A stretch of 64,000 nt of DNA from Bdellovibrionales bacterium (GCA_964230645.1 CAXRHT010000003.1:64001-128000); one strand, 5' to 3'. Positions 1 to 11,476 are shown, numbered from the stretch's first letter. Translations and numbers: made by a program. The notes: generated from the sequence alone by a model not told the origin.

Positions 1-122
1 TTAAGGCTCTGACACTATAACCTGAATTTGACTCTCCTTTAAGGGATCAAAACTTAAGTGTCGTGTTGGGCCATAATCATGGCGCGACACTTCCTTAGAT
101 GACCTGAGGGGTAAAACATTGA

Positions 123-2175
<2,053 letters not shown>

Positions 2176-2177
<2 letters not shown>

Positions 2178-2205
2178 AAAAAAGCTCCTGGTTCAAGGAG
2201 CTTTT
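2176..2205. terminator. Bidirectional intrinsic terminator between convergent ligA and histone genes
   Basis: A8-GCTCCT-ggttca-AGGAGC-TTTT hairpin; the longer U tract is on the minus (histone) strand. Confidence 0.8.
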
Positions 2206-2232
2206 AAGTTTAAAAATTCGAATGTCAGTTTA

Positions 2233-2427
2233 TTAGATGTGATCAATCACGATATCGCGAGCCATCACAGTTTTACGCCCATCAGCCTGAGCCGACTCGA
2301 CTCCCTTTTTGCATAATTGCTCGACAGCTTTGCTCAGTACATCGACTGTTTCAGCTGAAGTATTACACCCAGAGGATTCTTTGATGAACTTTTTAACTTT
2401 GCTAGTTACCACTAATACGTTTGCCAT
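2233..2427 (-). CDS. Bacterial histone-fold protein (Bd0055/HBb-like singlet histone)
   Basis: 64 aa; VVTSKVKK N-terminal helix, NTS L1 loop, long central helix and the histone L2 signature GRKTVMARDI (cf. archaeal HMf RKTIKAEDI). From recall it closely resembles Bdellovibrio bacteriovorus Bd0055. Strong SD GGGAGGT at 2433-2439. Confidence 0.92.
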   Translation of the reverse strand: MANVLVVTSKVKKFIKESSGCNTSAETVDVLSKAVEQLCKKGVESAQADGRKTVMARDIVIDHI

Positions 2428-2468
2428 TTATTACCTCCCAATGGTCAGCGGATAAATATTTCACAGCT

Positions 2469-2498
2469 AATCTAACGCAAATTTGGATCTGAAGACAA
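2469..2498 (-). promoter_or_regulatory. Putative sigma70 promoter of the histone gene
   Basis: Minus strand TTGTCT-18 nt-TAGATT, about 40 nt upstream of the start codon. Confidence 0.35.
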
Positions 2499-2692
2499 AA
2501 TTATTTCGTTCTGGCATCCATCAGCATCGGTATTAAAAGCTAAGTATCTAATTTAACAAGGTTATTGCGTCGCATTGCTTGCGGGCCTTCCAGAGGATGT
2601 TTTATTGGGTTGTGTACTTTTTTACACATATACCCCTGATTTACTATAAGACAGACTAGTTCCATCTTCTAGGGGAATAAATTTTAGTTGAT

Positions 2693-4147
2693 TTAAAATT
2701 TTCGAGAACCAAAAAAGTCTGTGACTTCTTTGCCGTCAATTTTAAAGACTTTGGCTTCTCGGTTAGCACCGAAGGGAGTAATCCACACGAATGTTTTACT
2801 GTCTTGGGATATAGTGCACTCCACGTCAGAAAAGGCCGGAGACCAAGTCCCCGAATTCAAGTGCTCTACCCCACCAATCAGTTCATGCCTCACATCATGA
2901 GTGTGTCCGTAGATCACCCGGTTAACGTTACAAATAAGTGCTGAAGTCGTTAAGATCTGTTCATTCGGCTTTTTATAATATCCGATTCCCGATTCGACCC
3001 CGCGAGCGTAAAGAATAAAAGGAGGTAAAAGTGGAATAATAAATAAAAACATCCAGTAAAAGGAAAGAGCGTAAATTCTATTGATCATAAAAAAGAGCTG
3101 AAAAAGAGCTAGTAGTGCAATCAAAACTAGAAAAGCGCGATCTAGCCACAACTCTCTTAATATTTTTAACGGGCTTGAGGCGGCTGGTTTTACGATCAGA
3201 GCTTTCATTTCTCTGACGACACGGGAGCTGGCATTGGACCTCTTGCCAATTCCCTCTATTCTTTTTTCGACCGTAAGAGGGTCTGAAAGTGGACGATGCA
3301 AATTCGAAGATATGGTTCGCCAAAAAATCGCAACACTGCTCCAAAACCAAGTCCAAAGAATGAAAGGTTGGGCTCGCACCATATATTTAAAGAAATAACG
3401 GACGTATTCCCCTAGAGACATCACATAGTTAGCTTCAATATGGGGGTTAAAATAACCAAGACCATTCACCAAATACCGACAGGCCCAGTCTCCAAAAGGC
3501 AGCCTCACTTTGACCCGGTTATAATCTATAACAAAAGGGTTAACAGGATCGTCACACAGACAGTAAGGATCATATTGGTTACCGTGTTCGATCAAAGTGT
3601 CTTTGTTACTAATGTAAAACCATTCTACAAAACGCACCCGGGTGCGTTCTTCTGCGGTTAACTCGAGGGTATTTAAAATTTCAATTTGCACTGACTTCCA
3701 GTGAAGCTCTAAATCGTGGTTTCCTGTAATAAATACCACTCGGTGGCCCTGCTCTATGAACCAGTGCAGAGCTTCACACCATTCTTTATGATCGTCGAGG
3801 ATAATCCTAATTTTATCCACCGACTTTTCTTCTTCAGGCTCCAGACCGCGCTTTTTTTCCATCCAAGAAATATTGTATACAGGTTCTGGAGGGATATAGC
3901 TCATTGAATCAAAATCAAAAATATCACCATTAAGAACTAGCTCGATTTTTTTTCCACCCGCCTCTTTATCAATATGTTCTAGAAAATTACGAAACTCAGA
4001 ATCAAAAAAGAACTCTCTCGTCTTATATTTTTTCCAAAGAGGATATTTAGGATGAACCGGCTCGGCTTCACAGAGATGAAGGTCACTGACAATAGCCGTG
4101 TAGGTGGCTTTAGAAAAATCAACACCATCAAGATTAAAATCAGCCAT
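2693..4147 (-). CDS. Membrane-anchored calcineurin-like metallophosphoesterase
   Basis: Motifs SDLH, NGDIFD, GNHD, EHG and GHTH; a hydrophobic TM hairpin precedes the GHTH motif; start overlaps the tatC stop (TAATG). Confidence 0.8.
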   Translation of the reverse strand: MADFNLDGVDFSKATYTAIVSDLHLCEAEPVHPKYPLWKKYKTREFFFDSEFRNFLEHIDKEAGGKKIELVLNGDIFDFDSMSYIPPEPVYNISWMEKKRGLEPEEEKSVDKIRIILDDHKEWCEALHWFIEQGHRVVFITGNHDLELHWKSVQIEILNTLELTAEERTRVRFVEWFYISNKDTLIEHGNQYDPYCLCDDPVNPFVIDYNRVKVRLPFGDWACRYLVNGLGYFNPHIEANYVMSLGEYVRYFFKYMVRAQPFILWTWFWSSVAIFWRTISSNLHRPLSDPLTVEKRIEGIGKRSNASSRVVREMKALIVKPAASSPLKILRELWLDRAFLVLIALLALFQLFFMINRIYALSFYWMFLFIIPLLPPFILYARGVESGIGYYKKPNEQILTTSALICNVNRVIYGHTHDVRHELIGGVEHLNSGTWSPAFSDVECTISQDSKTFVWITPFGANREAKVFKIDGKEVTDFFGSRKF

Positions 4148-4884
4148 TACATCTCTTCAGGTTTATGGCCAAACCATCCAACAAGTATGATCGAAAGCTC
4201 ATAGAGACCGCAAAGGGGAAGAACCAGTAAGACCATACTCATCACATCGGGTGGGGTGATAACCGCAGACATAACACACATCAAAATGATCGCATAGCGT
4301 CTGAGAGCAATTAAAAGAGCCTTACTAACAATACCCATGATTCCTAAAATCGTTAGAACCAGGGGCAATTCAAAGGCCAAACCGAAAACTAAAGTGGTCG
4401 TCATAAAAAACGATAGATAGTCATTGATAGTAATCATAGCCTGATCTGTTTCCCCCCCAAAATTTAGAAGGAAATCAAAAGCCAGAGGATAAACCACGAA
4501 GTAAACGAAGTTAACTCCAATGAGAAAAAGTAAGGTCCCGAAAAAGATAAAATACAGACCGTATTTCTTTTCTTTTTTATAAAGCCCAGGTGCTACAAAC
4601 ATCCAAAACTGATAAATCCAAACGGGACAAGAGGCGATGACACCCGTCAAAATGGACACCTTTAAGTGAGCCATGAATTTATCCATTGGGGCCGTAAAGA
4701 CCAGTCCGTTCTGGGGCAAATAAGGGAGGATGGGTTTTCGCACTATGGAAAAGAAGAAATCACTAAAGTTCCAAGCCAGGATCGCAAACACTGCCACAGC
4801 GATCAGTGAGCGAATAATTCGGTCACGTAGCTCGGTTAAGTGCTCAACGAGTGTGTAATCATCTTGAGGACTGTTAGTTTCCAT
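4147..4884 (-). CDS. tatC: Twin-arginine translocase subunit TatC
   Basis: LVEHLTELRDR, W.FVAPGLY..E, FELP and ITPPD motifs; 6 TM. Start trimmed to METNS (SD AGGTGG). Confidence 0.95.
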   Translation of the reverse strand: METNSPQDDYTLVEHLTELRDRIIRSLIAVAVFAILAWNFSDFFFSIVRKPILPYLPQNGLVFTAPMDKFMAHLKVSILTGVIASCPVWIYQFWMFVAPGLYKKEKKYGLYFIFFGTLLFLIGVNFVYFVVYPLAFDFLLNFGGETDQAMITINDYLSFFMTTTLVFGLAFELPLVLTILGIMGIVSKALLIALRRYAIILMCVMSAVITPPDVMSMVLLVLPLCGLYELSIILVGWFGHKPEEM

Positions 4885-5290
4885 CCACCTTCTCTTTATC
4901 CGCTTGATCAATCTCTACTTTTTCGCCAGGCCCCGGTTTTTTTTCTAATTCTGTGTGAAGGTGTTCTTCTTCTAAATGATGATGCTCTTCAAGATCATCA
5001 TACTCATCTTCAGGCACATGAGGCTCGTGCTCAACAGAGGCATCCGTTCGAGTCACATCGTCCATAATTTTACGCCCCTCATTCACAATATGGGATTTTG
5101 TGTCGTCTATTGAATTTTTAACCTCTTTGGTCACATCCAATAAACCGCCACTTAACTCTTGGGTGGCGTTTTTGATTTCACCGAGAAGTTTTCCAACCAC
5201 TCTTGCAACTTCGGGAAGTTGCTTGGGCCCAATTACAATAAGAGCGATCACTCCAATAACTAAAAATTCGGTGAATCCAATATTGAACAT
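4874..5290 (-). CDS. tatB: TatA/TatB family translocase subunit (TatB-like)
   Basis: MFNIGFTE...GPKQLPEVAR N-terminus; directly upstream of tatC; acidic, His-rich tail. Confidence 0.85.
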   Translation of the reverse strand: MFNIGFTEFLVIGVIALIVIGPKQLPEVARVVGKLLGEIKNATQELSGGLLDVTKEVKNSIDDTKSHIVNEGRKIMDDVTRTDASVEHEPHVPEDEYDDLEEHHHLEEEHLHTELEKKPGPGEKVEIDQADKEKVDGN

Positions 5291-5372
5291 ACTTTAAAGA
5301 TATAGGAGGGCGTCTGATAATTCAATCAGAGAGGCGTATTATTCTGCCAGAGCCCGGTCGTTTGGGAGGGTC

Positions 5373-5972
5373 CTATTGTTTTGAAGTCTTCTTATGAGGA
5401 CGGTGAAACACACCTTTTTCGGCCAAGGTTTCCCCAACGAAGGAGGATCCTGTTTTTGAGTAGACATCCATCATACGCAGTATGTTTTCATCGTCAGTCA
5501 TCTTGGCCTTTTGACTTATGAGAGAAAGCACGTCCACTAAGCTCATGAACTGCACTGAGATGTCTCTAAATAACTTTGAGAAGGTATCCTCTTCTACATC
5601 TTTGGCCAGAGACTCAAAAGCCATGCGGCCCATGTCGACATAATAGTCGACATCAATAATTTTACGCTGAAAGGAGTCAGAGAAGAATCCCGATATATAA
5701 AGGGAACGATCCCCTAATTTCTTCAATTTTCCCACTCTAAGTTCACGACTCTCCTGACCAGCCTGCAAGAGGAGTTCAGCCATGGTTTTTCTAGTTTTTT
5801 TCCCACTTGAGTCTTCTTCATCATAGAGGTTTTCAATAAAAAGGTGATGTTTAAGCAAGTCCACGACATAGGATTGTATTTGTGGATAGCTTTTTACTTT
5901 GCGCTCGTTGAACGCGTCTTCAACAAGATTGTTGAAAAATTCATTGGAGTTCAGAATTAGTTGTGTCGACAT
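5373..5972 (-). CDS. Conserved hypothetical protein
   Basis: 199 aa with an LGD.SLYISGFFSDS...YY..MG..A block recalled from an uncharacterised proteobacterial family. Confidence 0.7.
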   Translation of the reverse strand: MSTQLILNSNEFFNNLVEDAFNERKVKSYPQIQSYVVDLLKHHLFIENLYDEEDSSGKKTRKTMAELLLQAGQESRELRVGKLKKLGDRSLYISGFFSDSFQRKIIDVDYYVDMGRMAFESLAKDVEEDTFSKLFRDISVQFMSLVDVLSLISQKAKMTDDENILRMMDVYSKTGSSFVGETLAEKGVFHRPHKKTSKQ

Positions 5973-6176
5973 GAGAGACCCTTCAAATTTGTTTATTCCC
6001 AGCCTTTATTATAGCGAAATCCCCAACTTTTCTCATAAATTCGTCTCATTTTTATGAGTTTTGTCTAGTGACTTGTCTCAAATTAATTCAATAATTTCAG
6101 TATTATAAGGTGTTTTTATATTCACTATACGGGTTTCTAATGGACCACGAGCGGGGCCTGTGTTAGCCAGACAAAG

Positions 6177-7358
6177 ATGACACCTTCTTTTGGTATTTAT
6201 GTCCATATTCCTTTTTGTATTCAACGCTGCACCTATTGTGATTTTGCCACTTATGCAAAAGACCAGATTGCGGCCAATGACCAATACATAGAAACACTCT
6301 GCCAAGAGATCGAAAAGCGCGCTCCTATTTTCGAAACTAAGGAGCTCCATAGTCTTTATTTTGGAGGGGGAACGCCAAGCCTTTTAACTCCTGCTCAGAT
6401 CGATAAGATCATCTCTACGATCCAAAAACTAAACCTAAGCTGGCATCCTAAAATTGAAGTCACCATGGAAGTAAACCCAGCCACTTTGGATAAAAATAAG
6501 CTTCTCTCCTTTAAGGCAAGTGGAATAAACCGCATGAGTATTGGATGCCAGACTTTTGATGATCAGGCCTTAAAAGACTGTAATAGGGAGCATGACTCAA
6601 AGGACACGGTCAAAACTATTGAATTAGTCAGTGATCATTTGGAAAATTTCAGTCTCGACCTTTTGTTTTCACTTCCAAAACAAAGGCTGAAACCTTTAGA
6701 AAAAGATGTGGAAAGAATTCTCTCCTTTGATCCTCCTCATGTCAGCGCCTATTGCCTGACCGTTCCAGATAAACATCCCATGAATCAAGGCCGCTGCTCT
6801 GAGGAAGAGCAACTCCAAATGTTTGATCTTATCCATGAAAGCTTCAGAGAGAAAAACCTTCTATCTTATGAGATATCTAACTTTGCCAAGCCAGGCTTTG
6901 AGTCCGTTCACAACAATCTTTATTGGCTCGACCAAAACTTTTGGGGCGTGGGCTTGAGTGCTCATTCCTATAAAAAGGATCCTGACTGGGGCTATCGCTT
7001 TTGGAACCCCTCAAGTTATAAAGCCTATATGAGCCATGTTGCCTCCCTTGAAATATCCACCGACCTAGAATCCTCTTTTCCTTCGGACCAAAGAGAGAAG
7101 CTATCCTTGCATGAGTCCATAACCGACTATTGCCACACTCATTTGCGGTTGACTGAGGGCCTACCTGTAGCTTCGCTGCGTCAGAAATATGGAGAGAATC
7201 TCACCGCTCTAGTTATTGAACGGGCAAAAGGTCTTGAATCTAAGGGATTATTGAAGCTTTCCGAAAATTCGGCAAAACTGACAAGGCAAGGTCTCTTCCT
7301 TAGTAATCAGGTGTTTGCAGAGCTCCTGTTTTCCCGGTCAGACGTTGACAGAATTTAA
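6177..7358 (+). CDS. hemW: Radical SAM heme chaperone HemW (HemN-like)
   Basis: YVHIPFC..RC.YCDF radical SAM motif, GGGTPS, YEISNFA, HN..YW; usual position upstream of grpE. Confidence 0.9.
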   Translation: MTPSFGIYVHIPFCIQRCTYCDFATYAKDQIAANDQYIETLCQEIEKRAPIFETKELHSLYFGGGTPSLLTPAQIDKIISTIQKLNLSWHPKIEVTMEVNPATLDKNKLLSFKASGINRMSIGCQTFDDQALKDCNREHDSKDTVKTIELVSDHLENFSLDLLFSLPKQRLKPLEKDVERILSFDPPHVSAYCLTVPDKHPMNQGRCSEEEQLQMFDLIHESFREKNLLSYEISNFAKPGFESVHNNLYWLDQNFWGVGLSAHSYKKDPDWGYRFWNPSSYKAYMSHVASLEISTDLESSFPSDQREKLSLHESITDYCHTHLRLTEGLPVASLRQKYGENLTALVIERAKGLESKGLLKLSENSAKLTRQGLFLSNQVFAELLFSRSDVDRI

Positions 7359-7395
7359 ATCGACCCCCTATTAATTGAAATCATTAGGAGTGGAC

Positions 7396-7983
7396 ATGGC
7401 AGATGATAAAGCTGAAAAGCCGAATGAGAATGAAATCCCTGAGGAAGCTCAGGATGCTAAAAACGTTGGTTCGGCCCACAAAGAAGACAATCCTGACGAG
7501 CCCAGCTTAGAACCCAATGACGCCTCACCAGCGGATGATCCTGTGGCTCGCTTACAAGCCCTGGAAAAAGACCACCTCTATTTGCGGGCAGAACTTGAAA
7601 ATATTAAACGCCAAAATATAAAAGAGCGCTCCCAACTTTTGAAGTACGGAGCCGAACGCTTAGCCCGAGACCTCTTAGACACTTTGGATGTTTTTAAGTC
7701 GGCTCTTGAGGGCGAGGTCACTGCTGAAAATTATAAAGAATTTGTCAGTGGTGTTGAAATGACGGCCCAGTCCCTCAAAAATACCTTAGAAAAACATGGT
7801 ATATCTGAAATGCCGTGCGTGGGCCAACCCTTTGATCCAAACACTCAGGAAGCACTGAGCAGCGAGCCCTCTGATGAACATCCGGAAGGGCATGTTACAC
7901 AGGTCTTTAAGGCCCCTTATAAATATCACGACAAATTATTGAGAGCCGGCCAGGTCGTTGTCAGTCGAGCAAAAAGCGAATAA
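7396..7983 (+). CDS. grpE: Nucleotide exchange factor GrpE
   Basis: LRAELENIKR coiled coil, FDP..QEA, Y...KLLRAGQVVV; start moved to the ATG after SD AGGAG. Confidence 0.93.
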   Translation: MADDKAEKPNENEIPEEAQDAKNVGSAHKEDNPDEPSLEPNDASPADDPVARLQALEKDHLYLRAELENIKRQNIKERSQLLKYGAERLARDLLDTLDVFKSALEGEVTAENYKEFVSGVEMTAQSLKNTLEKHGISEMPCVGQPFDPNTQEALSSEPSDEHPEGHVTQVFKAPYKYHDKLLRAGQVVVSRAKSE

Positions 7984-7993
7984 AATTATTAAG

Positions 7994-8018
7994 AAAACCT
8001 TTATTTAAGGTTTTTTTT
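7994..8018 (+). terminator. Putative intrinsic terminator after grpE
   Basis: AAAACCTT-tattt-AAGGTTTT followed by further T residues. Confidence 0.55.
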
Positions 8019-8038
8019 AATTAACGAGCGACTTTGTA

Positions 8039-8917
8039 TTGGCGAAAAAAGACTTTTATAAAATTTTAAATATTGATCACAAAGCGACGACCAAAGCTGT
8101 GAAAACAGCCTACCGGCAGCTCGCCTTAAAATATCATCCGGATCACAATCCCAACAACCCAAAAGCTGTTGAAATGTTCACTCTTATCAAAGAGGCCTAC
8201 GACATATTATCTGATCCTGATTTACGAAAAAAGTATGACTTCAGCTACACTCCCTCTAAACCAGAGCCTGTTGTTGAACCTCAAAGGCCACGGCCTTCTC
8301 AAACTCCGTCCTCATCCACAACTCCTCCAAAGAAAGTTAAAAACCTACGATACAATTTGTATATTACCTTAGAAGACGTACTGAATGGCTGCGAGCGTTC
8401 CATTCGATTTATACGAAAAAATCAGAGCGAAAATGAAACGGTACAACTAAAAGTAAGAGTTCCAAAGGGGGCCTTCAACCACCAACGTTTAAAACTGGCC
8501 GGCTACGGGGATGTGAGTAAAGAAGGGACTGGAGACCTTTTTGTTATCATTCACTTACAAGAGCACCCCATCTTTTTAAAAGATGACCTGAATCTCAGGG
8601 TTAACGTACCAATCAGTTACCTTGATGCTATGCTTGGCTCTCAAATTGAAGTGCCTATTCTAACGGGAATTAGAAAAATAAAACTAAAGCCCTGCGAGTT
8701 TGAGGATCTTAATGTGGTTTTGCAAGGCTTTGGCCTACCCGACCCTAAAGGACAGTATAAAGGAGAACTTTTGGTTCATTTTTTTATAGAACATCCTAAA
8801 AGCCTCTCCACATTTGAAAAAAATGCTGCGCAAAAATGCCAGAGAACTTGGCCAGAGGGGGATATGATGCGACAATACAAATCTTATCTGACCCAGCATA
8901 AAGGGAGTTCGAAATGA
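8039..8917 (+). CDS. DnaJ-class J-domain chaperone lacking the zinc finger (class B / CbpA-like)
   Basis: KDFYKIL...YHPD J domain, Pro/Ser-rich linker, DnaJ_C (GDLFV, ISYLDAMLG); no CxxCxGxG repeats. Confidence 0.85.
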   Translation: MAKKDFYKILNIDHKATTKAVKTAYRQLALKYHPDHNPNNPKAVEMFTLIKEAYDILSDPDLRKKYDFSYTPSKPEPVVEPQRPRPSQTPSSSTTPPKKVKNLRYNLYITLEDVLNGCERSIRFIRKNQSENETVQLKVRVPKGAFNHQRLKLAGYGDVSKEGTGDLFVIIHLQEHPIFLKDDLNLRVNVPISYLDAMLGSQIEVPILTGIRKIKLKPCEFEDLNVVLQGFGLPDPKGQYKGELLVHFFIEHPKSLSTFEKNAAQKCQRTWPEGDMMRQYKSYLTQHKGSSK

Positions 8918-10884
8918 GAAAAGCCTTCGTATTAACAAGTCTATTTTTGCTTCTCGCATCCTGCTCAACCTTTAGAAAAAAAGAAAAACTCAATCAAGCT
9001 CCTCAACCTGTATTAAACCAACTTGTTGTGGCTCAAAATCAGTATAAAAACAAACAGTACACAGCGGCTGTCAAAACACTCAATACAATATTGAAGTTTC
9101 ATCGCGATACCAATGCTGGTGACGACGCTCTTTATTTATTGGCAAAGACTTACTCCCGTCTTGAAGACTGGGACAAAGCTTTAAAAGCTTATGAGGCTAT
9201 ATACGACTCTGATTACTTCTCAACAAGAGAAGGTATGTCTCGTATCGCGGGAGCTCGGATCCTGACCTTTAAAATTGGAGATTACAAAAAAGCGCTCTCT
9301 CATATCGACCGATCCCTTGATACAAAAATCAATCGCGAACAAAGAGCCGATCTTTTAGAGGTGAAGTTTTCAGCTCTCATGAAAACAGGAGCGCAACTTG
9401 AGGCCTTTGAAACTCTAGTCCAGCTTTCCGAGCAACATCCTGTTGTGACCAAAAGAGAAAGTTTTAAAAGAAAAGCAAAAGCCTTCCTAGATTCTCGTCT
9501 CTCTGGCCCTGAGCTTAAGGATTTTGCTGATGATGGAGACAATCCAGAATTACGCACAGATGCTATGTATCGGTATGGTGTTCTCCTTATGGGAGAAGGG
9601 AAGTACTCAGAGGCTCGATCTTATTTTGAAAGAGTGATCGAGATTAATCCTCGTAGTTATGTGGGCACTCAGTCTAAACAACTTCTAGAAAGGCTATCGA
9701 CTCGCGGAGAAGTGAACCAACGAACCATTGGAGTGATTCTTCCCTTGAGTGGCCGCTATTCAAATATTGGCTACCAAGCCCTTTGGGGTCTTCAGTTGGC
9801 ATTGGGGATAAAGGGTGGTCAAAACACAGAGAATGTTCGCCTCGCTATTATTGATAGCCGTGGAAAACCAGAGCAAGCCCGCCAAGGGGTTAGGCGTTTA
9901 GTTGAAGAAAACCACGCTATCGGGATTGTGGGAGGACTTCTTGCGAAAACGGCTTACTCGGCATCAATCCAGGCCCAGGAGTTAGGAATCCCTTTTATAG
10001 CCCTTTCTCAAAAAGAAGGTCTAACCGATATTGGACCTTTTATTTTTCGTAACGCTTTAACTGTAGATTCCCAATTGGATAAACTCATTGAGACTGCAAT
10101 CAATGAAAAAGGCTTTAAAAAATTCGCCGTTCTTTATCCCAACGACCCTTACGGGGTTAAGATGAGTAATCTTTTTTGGAAAAAGGTCACAAGCCGAGGT
10201 GGGAAAGTCACCGGTGCTCAAGCCTATTTACCGGGAGAAACGGATTTTAACGACTCCATTCAGAAACTTGTTGGGACCTACTATGTTGAAGACCGCAAAG
10301 AGGAATACGAGAAAAGACTGAAAGAATGGTACGAAGAAGAGGGAAACTCCGGGCGTACCCGTAAAAAACCCCCCGTGGGATTGCTGCCTCCGATTGTTGA
10401 CTTTGATGCTATCTTTATTCCCGATGGCCCTAAAGCCATTGGGCAGATCGCTCCGATGCTTGCTTATAACGATGTGACCGATGTTTTTCTTATTGGAACA
10501 AACATCTGGAACTCAAATGAATTTCTCCGCCGTGGTCAGAACTTTGTGAAACAGTCCCTTTTTACCGATGGATTTTACGATAAAAGTGAACAGTTCTTAG
10601 GCTCTCAATTTTACAGAACCTATTCTGATACCTTTAACAAGGCCCCCTCTACTTTTTCACTAATGGGTTACGATACAGGATTGGTTGTTAAATCAGTCTT
10701 GTCACAAAACGTGGATAACCGCCTAGATTTCACTAAGATTATTAAAGAAAACCGCGGGATTCCCGGAGCTTTAAGCACCCTTATGTTGAATGAGAAAAAA
10801 GAGTTCATTCGCCCCGTTGTCACTCTGACAGTCAAGGAAGGGGAAATCGTTCCTTTTGATCAAGTAGAATCTAAAACCGAGTAA
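8914..10884 (+). CDS. Lipoprotein, TPR + periplasmic-binding-protein fold (LpoA-like penicillin-binding protein activator family)
   Basis: Lipobox LLASC, TPR-like helices, IGVILPLSG...IVGGL...FDAIFIPD...GYD C-terminal domain; ATGA overlap with the J-protein gene. Confidence 0.75.
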   Translation: MRKAFVLTSLFLLLASCSTFRKKEKLNQAPQPVLNQLVVAQNQYKNKQYTAAVKTLNTILKFHRDTNAGDDALYLLAKTYSRLEDWDKALKAYEAIYDSDYFSTREGMSRIAGARILTFKIGDYKKALSHIDRSLDTKINREQRADLLEVKFSALMKTGAQLEAFETLVQLSEQHPVVTKRESFKRKAKAFLDSRLSGPELKDFADDGDNPELRTDAMYRYGVLLMGEGKYSEARSYFERVIEINPRSYVGTQSKQLLERLSTRGEVNQRTIGVILPLSGRYSNIGYQALWGLQLALGIKGGQNTENVRLAIIDSRGKPEQARQGVRRLVEENHAIGIVGGLLAKTAYSASIQAQELGIPFIALSQKEGLTDIGPFIFRNALTVDSQLDKLIETAINEKGFKKFAVLYPNDPYGVKMSNLFWKKVTSRGGKVTGAQAYLPGETDFNDSIQKLVGTYYVEDRKEEYEKRLKEWYEEEGNSGRTRKKPPVGLLPPIVDFDAIFIPDGPKAIGQIAPMLAYNDVTDVFLIGTNIWNSNEFLRRGQNFVKQSLFTDGFYDKSEQFLGSQFYRTYSDTFNKAPSTFSLMGYDTGLVVKSVLSQNVDNRLDFTKIIKENRGIPGALSTLMLNEKKEFIRPVVTLTVKEGEIVPFDQVESKTE

Positions 10885-10921
10885 CATAGCTCTCTACTTG
10901 CAGGTTGATATTCCGGCACTG

Positions 10922-11163
10922 GTCTAAAACATACCGTCTTGTGCGTCTAAAACTACCATCTTGAGCAAAGCCTTGAATATGTCGTCTTGAACGAGACCTT
11001 GAATATGTCGTCTTGAACGAGACCTTGAAAATGTCGTCTTGAGCGAAGCGAAAGACCTAAGATCCTTCGCTACGCTCAGGATGACATTACGTACACGCTC
11101 AGGATGACATTACGAACATGCACAGGATGACAATATGAATGCACTCGGGACGACATTAGGCAA
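10922..11163. repeat. Compound REP-like palindromic element with tandemly amplified arms
   Basis: Central imperfect hairpin 11030-11088 (TGTCGTCTTGAGCGAAGCGAAAGACCT-A-AGATCCTTCGCTACGCTCAGGATGACA); 26-bp tandem units at 10971, 10997, 11023; 23-bp tandem units at 11072, 11095, 11118, 11141; degenerate pair at 10922 and 10945. Confidence 0.85.
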
Positions 11164-11408
11164 TTCACTGACTCAGTAACATGGATCTAATTGGACTAAA
11201 ATTCAGTCCCACTTCTTCAGTCTAGTTTCTCCCAGTCTGCTAAAAACCAGTAGGAGAGGACGTTTCCAGAGACTAGACGAAACTATTAATAAAATCTTTT
11301 TAAATTATAAAAAAATACAAGTATTCGATAAACCTCTGTTTTTCCTTGGTAATGCTTGAACTGTGGCTCTAGTAGCGGAATCTCGACCTTTTTGGGACCT
11401 TTGAAACC

Positions 11409-11435
11409 TAAATAAAATTAAGGATCTTCCGAAAT
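11409..11435 (+). promoter_or_regulatory. Possible sigma28 (FliA)-type promoter of lon
   Basis: TAAA-N15-TCCGAAAT versus consensus TAAA-N15/16-GCCGATAA. Confidence 0.3.
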
Positions 11436-11476
11436 GTATCTTAGAGCAACAGTGAAAAATCTTATGGAGGCCATGA

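Noticed and set aside
10971..11163. CRISPR array
   Set aside because: Units are contiguous tandem repeats with no unique spacers, orientation inverts at the centre, and there are no cas genes in the window.
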